Shown here piece after piece: positions 50,411-59,326 of a DNA stretch of 64,000 bases (positions within the stretch are counted from its first letter, which is position 1; every line of letters begins with the position of its first letter). The stretch is from Spirochaetota bacterium (GTDB taxonomy: Bacteria; Spirochaetota; Spirochaetia; Treponematales; UBA12059). The stretch lies in assembly GCA_022703505.1 (NCBI GenBank), contig JAKLDN010000008.1, forward strand, positions 158,422 through 222,421. The letters are read 5' to 3'. The notes under the pieces are model-generated. The model saw only the letters and a program-made list of their open reading frames with translations, was not told the origin of the DNA and did not search any database. The translations under genes were made by a program, and so were the position numbers.

Positions 50411-50611
50411 ATGGCAGATGTATCTACGTCAGGATTCAATGGAACGACAGACATCCCAACGCAAGTCTTCGAAAGCTTCCTTTCGGAGCTGAAGAGCACC
50501 GGAGCATCGAGCGAGATGATCGAAAGACTTCGCAAGACGTTGCTCGAGGATCACATCTTCACAGAAGGCGCTCTAAAGACCGCCGTTCTAGGTGAGGAGA
50601 CGTCGCTATGA
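50411..50611 (+). CDS. Small 66-aa protein translationally coupled to the ATPase
   Basis: GGAGGT RBS. Stop overlaps the ATPase start (ATGA). Confidence 0.5.
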   Translation: MADVSTSGFNGTTDIPTQVFESFLSELKSTGASSEMIERLRKTLLEDHIFTEGALKTAVLGEETSL

Positions 50612-53061
50612 TCCGCGTAGACTCCATTACGATCAAAGAGTTCCGCGGAATACGTGATCTGACGCTCAATCTAAAAGGCAAGAACTATGCGGTCTGCGGT
50701 CCTAATGGGACTGGAAAAAGTGGCGTAGTGGATGCCTTGGAGTTCGCGCTGACTGGTAACGTCTCCCGCCTCTCTGGCAGAGGGAAAGGTGAAGTATCCC
50801 TCAAAGCCCATGGTCCCCATGTTGATCAAAGAAATGCCCCTGACAAGGCTCGAGTAACCGTGATACTAACTATCCCTAGCTTGAATAAGTCAGTCACAAT
50901 CGAACGAAGTGTAAAGGCACCTGCATCTCCTGTAATAACTCCCAATGAGCCAGACGTGCTCGCAGTTCTTCAACACGTCACGAGTCACCCCGAAATCGTA
51001 CTCTCTCGTCGAGAGCTGATTAACTACGTGTTAGCAACTCCTGGTGATCGCGCGCAGGAAGTACAAGCATTGCTCCATTTGGATCGAGTTGAGGAGGTTC
51101 GTGGCACGCTTCTCAAGATCGCTAATGCCTGTGATAAGCAGGTAGCTCCGCAGGCAAGCGCCGCTATATACGCCCGCGATAACCTAATGCGAGCGCTGGA
51201 AGTAACAGAGCTTACGAGTGCAACCATTCTCGAGGCAGCAAACAAACGGCGAGTTATGCTTGGGTTGATAGCACTCACCGAGCTAACTGAATCCGCTTCA
51301 TTAAAAGATGGGATGTCACAGTCCGAAGCAGCTCAATCTTCTGGTGTTCCTAAGGCGCAAACTCTGGCGGACATCCAAGTAACCCGCGAATCATTGGTAG
51401 AGCTTGGAAACGACTCGACTAAAGCACTAATAAGTGGTGTTGTAGCGGACCTCGGCGCCTTGACTGGTGACTCGGCTTTAGAAGCAAGTGTGAAGCTAGA
51501 ATCATTCTACGCAATGGGAATGGGCTTCATCGACAGGGGTTCATGCCCATTCTGTGATGATGAGTGGGATTTGGACGAACTGAGGCTTCATGTCCAGGGG
51601 AAGCTTGATCACCTCAAGCAAGTAGCACTTAGGCGCAGAGTCATTGAGGATAAGCTTATCCCCTTGATCTCGCTTCTTAGGAAACTAGCTAGCAACCTGG
51701 ACTCATTGATTAGTCAAGCGCAGCTTGTGAAGGCACCGGATGTGATGGCAAGCGTAAGCGGCTACAGCGTATATTGCAGAGAAGCATCGAGCAAATTGAC
51801 TACGATACTACCTCTCGCGGATACCATCAAGCAACTCATGGATTTGTCCGCTGTCCCCGATGGTACGATTAATGCGATCACATCGCTTGAAACACTAGTC
51901 TCAGGTCTTCCTGAGCCCACTAAACAGGAAGGGGCCCGAGAATGGCTCACCATTGCACAAGAGCGTCTTCAGGTATGGAGGGAATCGGTTCGACTGCATG
52001 AACTCCTGAAGGAACGAGCCAAGAGCGCTCGAAGGGTATATGACACGTATGTATCGGCGAGTGACAAGAAACTTGTTGGACTGTATGCGGCTGTTGAAAG
52101 GGACTTCTCGAGTCTGTACCGCTTCGCCAATCGAGACGATGAGGACAAGTTCAATGCGAAGATGGTGCCTTCCATGGGGAAGCTTGGATTCGATGTAGAC
52201 TTCTATGGGCGTGGGTTCTTCCCGCCCGGCGCTTATCATAGTGAGGGCCATCAGGACAGCATGGGACTTTGCCTGTACCTAGCACTAATGCGACACATCC
52301 AGGGAGTAGGATTTACATTCGCGGTGCTTGACGACGTGCTCATGTCGGTTGACGCTGGTCATCGCCGGGAAGTGTGCACGCTTCTAAAGACAGAATTTCC
52401 TGACACTCAGTTCGTCCTGACAACGCACGATCCAATCTGGCTTCGACATATGAAGACTGAGGGACTTCTTGCAAGCCGCTCATCAGTGCTATTCAGAAAC
52501 TGGTGCGTAGACGCGGGGCCCTCTCAATGGGAGGAGGAGGATGTCTGGAGTGAGATCGATGGACACCTCGAATTAAATGACATCCGAGCGGCTGCTGCCC
52601 TACTAAGGCATTACCTCGAGTATGTGTCGGCCGAACTGTGCCAACGACTTCGGGCATCAGTAGAGTATCGAGGCGATGCTCAATATCAGCTAGGGGAACT
52701 ACTCCCACCTGCAATTACTCAAATGAGAACGCTTATCAAGCGCGCTAAAGAAGCTGCAAGTTCATGGGATCAAAGAGAGGCTCTTGGGGCATTGTCAGCG
52801 CGCGAAGTAAGGTTCGCGGATTTGGTGAAGGCCACTAATTCCGATGCATGGCAAGTGAATACAGCAGTACACTATAATTCTTGGGATAGCCTTGGCAAGA
52901 ATGATTTCGCTCCGGTCGCTAATGCATACCGAGAATTGCTAGGTGGCTTTACCTGCTCGGGATGTGGAGAGTACCTTCGGGTATCGCCAGACAGAGAGAC
53001 GGCTGAATCGCTTCGCTGTGATTGTGGTGAAACAAATATTAACCTAAAGAAGAAGTCCTGA
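50608..53061 (+). CDS. SMC/Rad50-like ABC ATPase with zinc hook (RloC-like) and C-terminal Zn-ribbon domain
   Basis: Walker A GPNGTGKS. Coiled-coil insert carrying CPFC. Walker B/D-loop VLDDVLMSVD. H-loop TTHD. C-terminal CSGCG...CDCG. Confidence 0.7.
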   Translation: MIRVDSITIKEFRGIRDLTLNLKGKNYAVCGPNGTGKSGVVDALEFALTGNVSRLSGRGKGEVSLKAHGPHVDQRNAPDKARVTVILTIPSLNKSVTIERSVKAPASPVITPNEPDVLAVLQHVTSHPEIVLSRRELINYVLATPGDRAQEVQALLHLDRVEEVRGTLLKIANACDKQVAPQASAAIYARDNLMRALEVTELTSATILEAANKRRVMLGLIALTELTESASLKDGMSQSEAAQSSGVPKAQTLADIQVTRESLVELGNDSTKALISGVVADLGALTGDSALEASVKLESFYAMGMGFIDRGSCPFCDDEWDLDELRLHVQGKLDHLKQVALRRRVIEDKLIPLISLLRKLASNLDSLISQAQLVKAPDVMASVSGYSVYCREASSKLTTILPLADTIKQLMDLSAVPDGTINAITSLETLVSGLPEPTKQEGAREWLTIAQERLQVWRESVRLHELLKERAKSARRVYDTYVSASDKKLVGLYAAVERDFSSLYRFANRDDEDKFNAKMVPSMGKLGFDVDFYGRGFFPPGAYHSEGHQDSMGLCLYLALMRHIQGVGFTFAVLDDVLMSVDAGHRREVCTLLKTEFPDTQFVLTTHDPIWLRHMKTEGLLASRSSVLFRNWCVDAGPSQWEEEDVWSEIDGHLELNDIRAAAALLRHYLEYVSAELCQRLRASVEYRGDAQYQLGELLPPAITQMRTLIKRAKEAASSWDQREALGALSAREVRFADLVKATNSDAWQVNTAVHYNSWDSLGKNDFAPVANAYRELLGGFTCSGCGEYLRVSPDRETAESLRCDCGETNINLKKKS

Positions 53062-53240
53062 TGTCGCTTCTAGCTTTCGAAAGATAGAAGGCACTTTCTC
53101 CTCCTCGGGCTAGGTTTGTTAATGCCATCCTTAGACATGATAGCATTATACTATTGGACGGGATCTCCTACAGTATAGAGAGGGATTTATCAGCGCAGGG
53201 AATATGGCGGAAAACCAAAACCTACAATCAAGCATCATGT

Positions 53241-54146
53241 CTAAGGCACAATGCTGAACAGGAAGTCAGCCATCTGCTCAAGAACGGCTATGCTCTTCAC
53301 CACCTCATCCTTCGTGATCATGATAGATCGACCGAGATCGCCGCCCTTCCCCCCGGTCTTCCTGATATAATCCTCGTCTATCACTCCCATCGTGTGAGCT
53401 AACAGGTGGCGGTTCTGAAACTGCACCTGGATAAAGCTCCACTCGCCTTGGCCGATGCACGAAGGGAAGCCCCTACCGAAAAGTCTGGATATTCGATCGT
53501 TAGCGCCTGAGAGATTCTGGAAAGATATCTTAGGATCGTGCTTGCGACAGAGCTCTCTACCAAAGCCATCGAATGAGGCTACCGCATCCTCTAGAGCATT
53601 CTCGGTAAGCTTCTTTGCGATGTCGCTGCTTGAAGTATCTGCCAAGGTAAGCATCGTGGTAACAATCCTGAAGTTATCGCGAAGTATCTGGAGAGAGTTA
53701 TGAGTCCCACAATCAGGGCAATAGCCGAATGCTCCATAGATCGCATACTCGAGGGTGCATGCAGAACAGGTCGCTCTATGTTCCAGGGTCTCCTCTGAGT
53801 AGTACGCAATTGGTGTAGGACTCCCCTTCACCGTAATCCCAATGGATAACATGGCATGAGGGTCGGGCTTCCTCTCCATCCTCTTGAGTTGTGAGAGTAA
53901 TTGGCTTGACAACTCATGCAACGCGATAGACTGAGCATACTTGATTTGTTGCTTCGTCCAGAATTCAGATTGAGGACCGGTATAGTTGCAGTATGGGCAA
54001 TGACAGGGCACTTCTCCCGGAAGACCGGTCCCGAATTTGATCTTGAAGTACTTCTCGCATTGAGGGCACTCTCGACCGATGTATCCCTCTCCATCTGGCG
54101 ATATCTTTATTGCATACTCCATCTCGACCTTCCAGGTTCCCCTCAA
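53241..54146 (-). CDS. Multi-zinc-ribbon hypothetical protein
   Basis: CPQCEKYF, CHCPYCNY, CSAC, CPDCG cysteine pairs. 301 aa. Confidence 0.5.
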   Translation of the reverse strand: MRGTWKVEMEYAIKISPDGEGYIGRECPQCEKYFKIKFGTGLPGEVPCHCPYCNYTGPQSEFWTKQQIKYAQSIALHELSSQLLSQLKRMERKPDPHAMLSIGITVKGSPTPIAYYSEETLEHRATCSACTLEYAIYGAFGYCPDCGTHNSLQILRDNFRIVTTMLTLADTSSSDIAKKLTENALEDAVASFDGFGRELCRKHDPKISFQNLSGANDRISRLFGRGFPSCIGQGEWSFIQVQFQNRHLLAHTMGVIDEDYIRKTGGKGGDLGRSIMITKDEVVKSIAVLEQMADFLFSIVP

Positions 54147-54158
54147 TATCTTAAGCGC

Positions 54159-54494
54159 TTAGAACACAATGTCTCCAGGATTCTCCTTCGAACTCGACAT
54201 CAGAGCCGTCGTAGCTAGCCTTTGAAGCTGGAGAACACCCTTCGAACCCACAGTTAAGCGCTCAATCTCAGCCAAATCCTTATTCTTGGTCGCGAGTCTC
54301 AGTTCCCTGGTATGTTCCCGTATGTGGCCGAGAAGCAGCTTCACGGTGAACTGGTTGACTTGCCAGACAAGATCGCTAGATATCACGTCCGCCCGTACCG
54401 TAGCCATCCCTGACTCATCCAAGCTTCTTCGAGCAGAATCAAGAGATGAGGCAAGCCTCTTCGCAAGCTGCATCCTTGCAGACATAGCCATCAT
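54159..54494 (-). CDS. Hypothetical 111-aa protein
   Basis: Co-directional and tightly spaced with the flanking genes. No recognisable motif. Confidence 0.4.
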   Translation of the reverse strand: MMAMSARMQLAKRLASSLDSARRSLDESGMATVRADVISSDLVWQVNQFTVKLLLGHIREHTRELRLATKNKDLAEIERLTVGSKGVLQLQRLATTALMSSSKENPGDIVF

Positions 54495-54669
54495 TCACCT
54501 CACATTGTCATGAAAATCGCCCAAAGCTGTTCCCGTACATCCCAACCCGCCGCATCCCACTTCATCGCCCAGACGAAGTGCCCTTTGACCTTCGACGCGC
54601 AGGCCCGTGATCTACCCTTCTCTCGCAGGATTCGGTTAGTGTGGAACTCTAGGCAGTTCAGCACTGCTA

Positions 54670-55086
54670 CTATTTCCTCCTGAATTGGTGCCAGACAGTG
54701 ATGATGCTCTTAATAAGCCTTCTAGCCATCGTAGTCTTAGGGGCAAACAGCTTCTCGGCTACATCATTCTGGAGTCTTCGTATGCGTTCTATCTGCTTTC
54801 GAGTCATCTTGCTAGACCAAATGACATGCCCTTGGCGGATCCAGTAATGTGACTCGCAGGCAAGTTCCCAGTTTCCGACTGAAGGGAAAAGTGTTGGGAC
54901 ATCATCTTTAATCACTAAACGCCATTCTCCAGGACCTAATGGCGTCACAACTTCATTACCGCAACCACAAGGACACAAATGTATTGCTGTTGAAAATCTG
55001 TCTGACACGTAAAGTACACCTGGTTCAAGAGTGTCTGGGATAATATCTACTCGTTCGATGCGTAGGGAGACGGTTCTCTCGCTCAT
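54670..55086 (-). CDS. Cys-rich small protein (DUF6527-like) downstream of the E1-like gene
   Basis: 138 aa with HLCPCGCG. Start overlaps the E1-like stop by ATGA. Confidence 0.55.
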   Translation of the reverse strand: MSERTVSLRIERVDIIPDTLEPGVLYVSDRFSTAIHLCPCGCGNEVVTPLGPGEWRLVIKDDVPTLFPSVGNWELACESHYWIRQGHVIWSSKMTRKQIERIRRLQNDVAEKLFAPKTTMARRLIKSIITVWHQFRRK

Positions 55087-56336
55087 GAAGACTTCTTTGC
55101 GATATCATTCCACTCAAGAGTGTAGGCACTAAGGCATTCATGAGTAGCATCTTGATAATACCCAATATGTTTCTTCCACCTAATGACAGCTAAGGCCGCA
55201 TTGAGCGCATTAAGGTCCGCGACTTGGATGTTGGATCTGTATAGCTCATCTCCATCTTCGCCAAATGGAGCGGTCATGTTGAAGAAACTTTCTGCTTCCT
55301 TGGTCCCGGTTGACACTCTGCAAATACCAGAAATAGTTCTACTCTTCCCACCATCATTGTCGACTGCCTCAAGGCCCATTCCAACATCAATGAAGGGGAG
55401 CTCAAGACTGAAGAGCAGACTGGAAATCTCATTGCGGACAGACCCGGCATCGACAGCAACGAAAACAAACGCTAGGCTAGAAAGAAGATCACGGTGCGAA
55501 CCATCGACCTTGAGCTCATGAGCCTTGATTCCACGATGTATCCGACTATATGTAGCAGAAAGGTATTGTGCCTTCGTAGTAAGGCTTCCCTTAAAAGTTT
55601 CGAGGGATGCAGCGCCAGGCGTTCGGAAGGCGTTATGTTGGTGGAAGTGGTCATAGTCAAATAGGTGTATCTCTTCAACCGGAGTCTTCGCTACAAGGTC
55701 GAGGATATAAGAACCGGTTCCACCGAGGCCGATGATCCCGACTCGCATCCCTTTGAAAAGATGAGACAGATCCGAAAGTCCAGCCCTTGCAGTCGCGGTG
55801 TCCTCATAGACAAATGGTGTAGGTTCACGAACAGTACGTTCCGCCTTAAATGTTCGAGGCGTCATCGTATCATCGACACGCTTCGCTGGATAAGCTATAA
55901 GCTCCTCATAACGGTGAACTTTGTCCAGAAGAGTTGCGTAGACTCCTTCGGGTGGTTTCGACGATAGATGAAAACCAGCGACACCGCATGTCGGGATTGC
56001 AAAACCGGCGTTCTCGTTGGCGAGTATATTGATGGGGATGTCCGCAGAACTATGGGGCTTCTCACCCATGAAATAGAACGTATGGTCTTCCGCAGTAAGC
56101 TTGCCATCCCGGGTGACAACCTTGCAGGCGAGAACACTTAGACCGATGCTCCCATCAGCTTTGAGGTATGGGAAGTCTCGAAGAATCAGAAGAGAATCTA
56201 GTATCTCGGCATTATAGCCTTCGCTGAGTAGCTCAAGGAGCTCAGCATCAGGACTTGTCGGTTCGTTTGACATTAAAGGACATCCCCTTGTGAACCGCTG
56301 TCGACTCTCCCGGAACCAGGATACCGGTCTTTCCAT
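55083..56336 (-). CDS. E2-like/E1-like (ThiF/MoeB superfamily) fusion protein
   Basis: C-terminal half has GIIGLGGTGSYILDL nucleotide loop and DYDHFHQHNAFR. N-terminal 150 aa has an HPN-like EKPHSS...IPTCG His/Cys patch. True start probably the Met at 56273. Confidence 0.7.
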   Translation of the reverse strand: MERPVSWFRESRQRFTRGCPLMSNEPTSPDAELLELLSEGYNAEILDSLLILRDFPYLKADGSIGLSVLACKVVTRDGKLTAEDHTFYFMGEKPHSSADIPINILANENAGFAIPTCGVAGFHLSSKPPEGVYATLLDKVHRYEELIAYPAKRVDDTMTPRTFKAERTVREPTPFVYEDTATARAGLSDLSHLFKGMRVGIIGLGGTGSYILDLVAKTPVEEIHLFDYDHFHQHNAFRTPGAASLETFKGSLTTKAQYLSATYSRIHRGIKAHELKVDGSHRDLLSSLAFVFVAVDAGSVRNEISSLLFSLELPFIDVGMGLEAVDNDGGKSRTISGICRVSTGTKEAESFFNMTAPFGEDGDELYRSNIQVADLNALNAALAVIRWKKHIGYYQDATHECLSAYTLEWNDIAKKSS

Positions 56337-56502
56337 TCTCCGGAATGAGGAAAGTTATTGTAATGTTGGCGGTTGGAGGTAATGTCTCCCCTGGAAAAGC
56401 AAGCTTAAGAAGATCCTCATAGCTAATCCGTCCGTGCGGAACTTCCTTCGGCCTTGAGTTTACATAGACTTCTACCAAGTTGGCTCTTTCAGCGTCGGGC
56501 AT
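56248..56502 (-). CDS. Ubiquitin-like (beta-grasp) small protein
   Basis: 84 aa immediately upstream of, and overlapping, the E1-like gene. No C-terminal GG (ends KRTDKS). Confidence 0.5.
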   Translation of the reverse strand: MPDAERANLVEVYVNSRPKEVPHGRISYEDLLKLAFPGETLPPTANITITFLIPENGKTGILVPGESTAVHKGMSFNVKRTDKS

Positions 56503-56635
56503 ACTATACCTCCCATTGAGTGAATGATGTTGTATCGATCCTAAGCGATACTTAAAATATCTAATAGCCCCAGCGAGGGCAAGATCATACCGAGCATGAG
56601 TTACATGTTGACCTCTTCGACCGGATAACGCCTTT

Positions 56636-59326
56636 CTAATAAATACTCAGAGCTACCTTAAGCTGCCCCCTCAAATCCCTACCCGCCTCATCCCTCTTCA
56701 TCGCCCAGACGAAGAGTGCTTTGCCTTTCGACGCGCGGGCCCAGAGCTCGCCTACTCGGCGCTTCTCGCGTTCTGAGGGATCGGCTGCGATGTGGGCACC
56801 CTTGTACTCGACGACGAGGACGCGGCCATCCTTGAGCCTGGCAATGAAGTCTGGATAGAAGTCGTCTCTCGAGGTAGGAAGGCGGAAGCACCACTGATGT
56901 CGGGGTGGGACGTTGCGTACCCAAGTCTCGACTTCGTCGAGAGCGTCGATCTCCTTGGCGCAGGCGTATTCCTCGCCGTCGCGCTTCAGGTTGTCGACGA
57001 CGGAGAAGAAGTGTTTGGAGAATCCATAGGAGGAAGCAGGCTCTGCCCGTGGGTAGGGACAGCGGTCTTTCGAGAAGGAGAAGTCGCCTTCCCAGACGAG
57101 GCTGCCATCGAGCTCGGGAAGGTCAAGAAGCGACTCAAGTCCTAAGGACGCGGCGCTGAGGCGGTACGAGTCGAGCTTCGCCCTGATCTTATCCTCGAGA
57201 AGGTACTTTTGGAGGATGAGGTCCCCAAGGCGGAGCTTTCGCTCGTCGATGAGCTGGTGTATGAGGCGGGACAAGAAGTCCTGGAGGACCAGCTGGGACA
57301 CGTCGCTCCGCGCGAGGCGGCGATCGAGCCAGAACACGAGGCCGTTTAGGTAGTACTCGCCTGCGACCTCGGCGGTGAAGAGCTCTCGGTCGTAGCGGGT
57401 GTTCCGGGTGATGACTTTCTCGGCAACGACATCAAGCTCCGTGACCTTCCGCTCGGCAGGTACGGAGAACTCCTCCAGTGTGAGGCGAGCGGGGAAGCGC
57501 GACGCATCCGAAAGGTCGAGACGTCCACGGTTGGCAAACCAGCCCTCGTCAATGGGAATGAGCTCGCCTGAGACCTCATCGCGGGAGAAGAGAGAGCCCA
57601 CCGTGAAGACATCGGGGCCAGCAGGAAGGACGCGATGCCGGGAGGCTTGAAGAAGGCGATAGTTGCCAAGGTTGCGCGCGATATCGCGCGTGCGCTCGCC
57701 ACCGGCATCCGCCCCGAGGGTCTCCGCGAGCTTGGCGATCGTAGCCTCGGTGATCGAGCCAGAAACCCTGACGAGAGGGACACCGTCTGAACGAGTACCC
57801 GCAGTCTCGACAACAAGGCCAGACTCGGCGGCGAAGAGGCCAAAATCGAGAGCAGCATACGCGGGTATTGCAATGGACCGACCATCAGGCGCGAGACCGA
57901 CTATGGTGCCAGAGCCTTCACCTGGAAAGAAATCCGCCACCTCGGTCCATGCGTCCGCTTCTATGCGCTCGAAGCCCATCTTGTCGACGAGGCAATCCTT
58001 GAGCGCGGAAGCCGTCTCGGCGAAGTCGCGTGAGGAAACATGGGCATAGGCCTTGTTCAGCAATGCCGAGGGACGCTCCTCCGCGTAGGGCATCCGCAAG
58101 ACACGGCCGAGAAGTTGCTCTACAGCACGCGCGGATTTCAGTTCCTGGATAGAGCAGAAGACATAGGCGAAGGAGCAATCCCAGCCTTCCTTGAGGGCTT
58201 GCACGGTGATGATGTGCCGGATGGAACAATCCGGCGCGAAGAGGTTGACGCCTTCGATGCCGCGCTCGTCTCCGGTCGCCACGGCGATATGGGCGGGATC
58301 GATGCCCTCATTCTGGATGAGGTGTTCGCGAAGCCTGTCGGCGGTGATGACCGTCGGATCATCTTTGTCCTTGGCTTGAGCCTGGTAGAGGGTGATGGGC
58401 CGCACTGAATCCCCGGAGGCCTTGGCGGCTTCTTCTAGGGAGTTTCGGGTGCTGATGGCCGCGGCGACGGTCGTGGCCCAGCTGGCGTGCTCGGCAAGGA
58501 CTATCGGCAGCTTGATCATCTTTTCGGCCTTGAGCTCGGTGGCCGTGGCCTCGTGGAGGACATTTGAGCCGCTGGCACTGCTCGTGTCGGGTGTGGCGGT
58601 AAACTCGATGATACCGAGGGGAGAAAGGCGGGCGAGCGTATCGAAGGAGAGCTTCGACCGGGCGTTGTGCGCTTCGTCGATGATGATGAGCGGCTTAAAG
58701 ACATGGCAGAGGTTGACGAAGGAATGGACGGGCTTTCCCCGGTTGGCTCCTTCCTTACCGAGCTCGAGCCCCGCTATGCCATTGAGGGCCGCGAAGTGAC
58801 GCTCCCATCGTTCGGAATGAGCATAGATGGTTCGGGTTTTCGTGTCTTCCGCTTTGAAGCCCTGGATAGTCGAAACCACGACGACAAGTCGTGTAGAAAA
58901 GTCCTGGGGACTTACCGCTTCGAGTCCATCTCTCGTGACCACAAGAGGACGGCCCCAGGCCTCGACGAGCTCCTCCCGATATGGATGCCCGGCAGTTGAA
59001 AGAGCTGTGAGTGTCTGTTCGAGAATAGCCTGCGATGGGACGAGCCACAGCACATGAAGTGATTGACTGTAGGTATAGCTGTCGCGCACGATGCGCAGGG
59101 AACGCGCAGCGAGCCAGGTCTTGCCGCCTCCGGTCGGGATGCGAATACAGACATAGGGTATATCGCCCACACCCGGAGCCTGGTGCCAGCGAGTAACCGA
59201 GGGACGGCCACGCACGCTCCAGGATTCAATGAAGGCAGCCTTGGGATCGCCAAGGCGCTTGGCTCGCTCGAGGTAGTCCTTCAGGGATTCGAGGGCCTTT
59301 GCCTGGTAGATCTTGGGCTCAAACAT
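56636..59326 (-). CDS. res: Type III restriction enzyme Res subunit (SF2 helicase-nuclease)
   Basis: IIDEAH DEAH box, TATP motif, helicase C blocks. Start overlaps the mod stop by 8 nt. Confidence 0.85.
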   Translation of the reverse strand: MFEPKIYQAKALESLKDYLERAKRLGDPKAAFIESWSVRGRPSVTRWHQAPGVGDIPYVCIRIPTGGGKTWLAARSLRIVRDSYTYSQSLHVLWLVPSQAILEQTLTALSTAGHPYREELVEAWGRPLVVTRDGLEAVSPQDFSTRLVVVVSTIQGFKAEDTKTRTIYAHSERWERHFAALNGIAGLELGKEGANRGKPVHSFVNLCHVFKPLIIIDEAHNARSKLSFDTLARLSPLGIIEFTATPDTSSASGSNVLHEATATELKAEKMIKLPIVLAEHASWATTVAAAISTRNSLEEAAKASGDSVRPITLYQAQAKDKDDPTVITADRLREHLIQNEGIDPAHIAVATGDERGIEGVNLFAPDCSIRHIITVQALKEGWDCSFAYVFCSIQELKSARAVEQLLGRVLRMPYAEERPSALLNKAYAHVSSRDFAETASALKDCLVDKMGFERIEADAWTEVADFFPGEGSGTIVGLAPDGRSIAIPAYAALDFGLFAAESGLVVETAGTRSDGVPLVRVSGSITEATIAKLAETLGADAGGERTRDIARNLGNYRLLQASRHRVLPAGPDVFTVGSLFSRDEVSGELIPIDEGWFANRGRLDLSDASRFPARLTLEEFSVPAERKVTELDVVAEKVITRNTRYDRELFTAEVAGEYYLNGLVFWLDRRLARSDVSQLVLQDFLSRLIHQLIDERKLRLGDLILQKYLLEDKIRAKLDSYRLSAASLGLESLLDLPELDGSLVWEGDFSFSKDRCPYPRAEPASSYGFSKHFFSVVDNLKRDGEEYACAKEIDALDEVETWVRNVPPRHQWCFRLPTSRDDFYPDFIARLKDGRVLVVEYKGAHIAADPSEREKRRVGELWARASKGKALFVWAMKRDEAGRDLRGQLKVALSIY

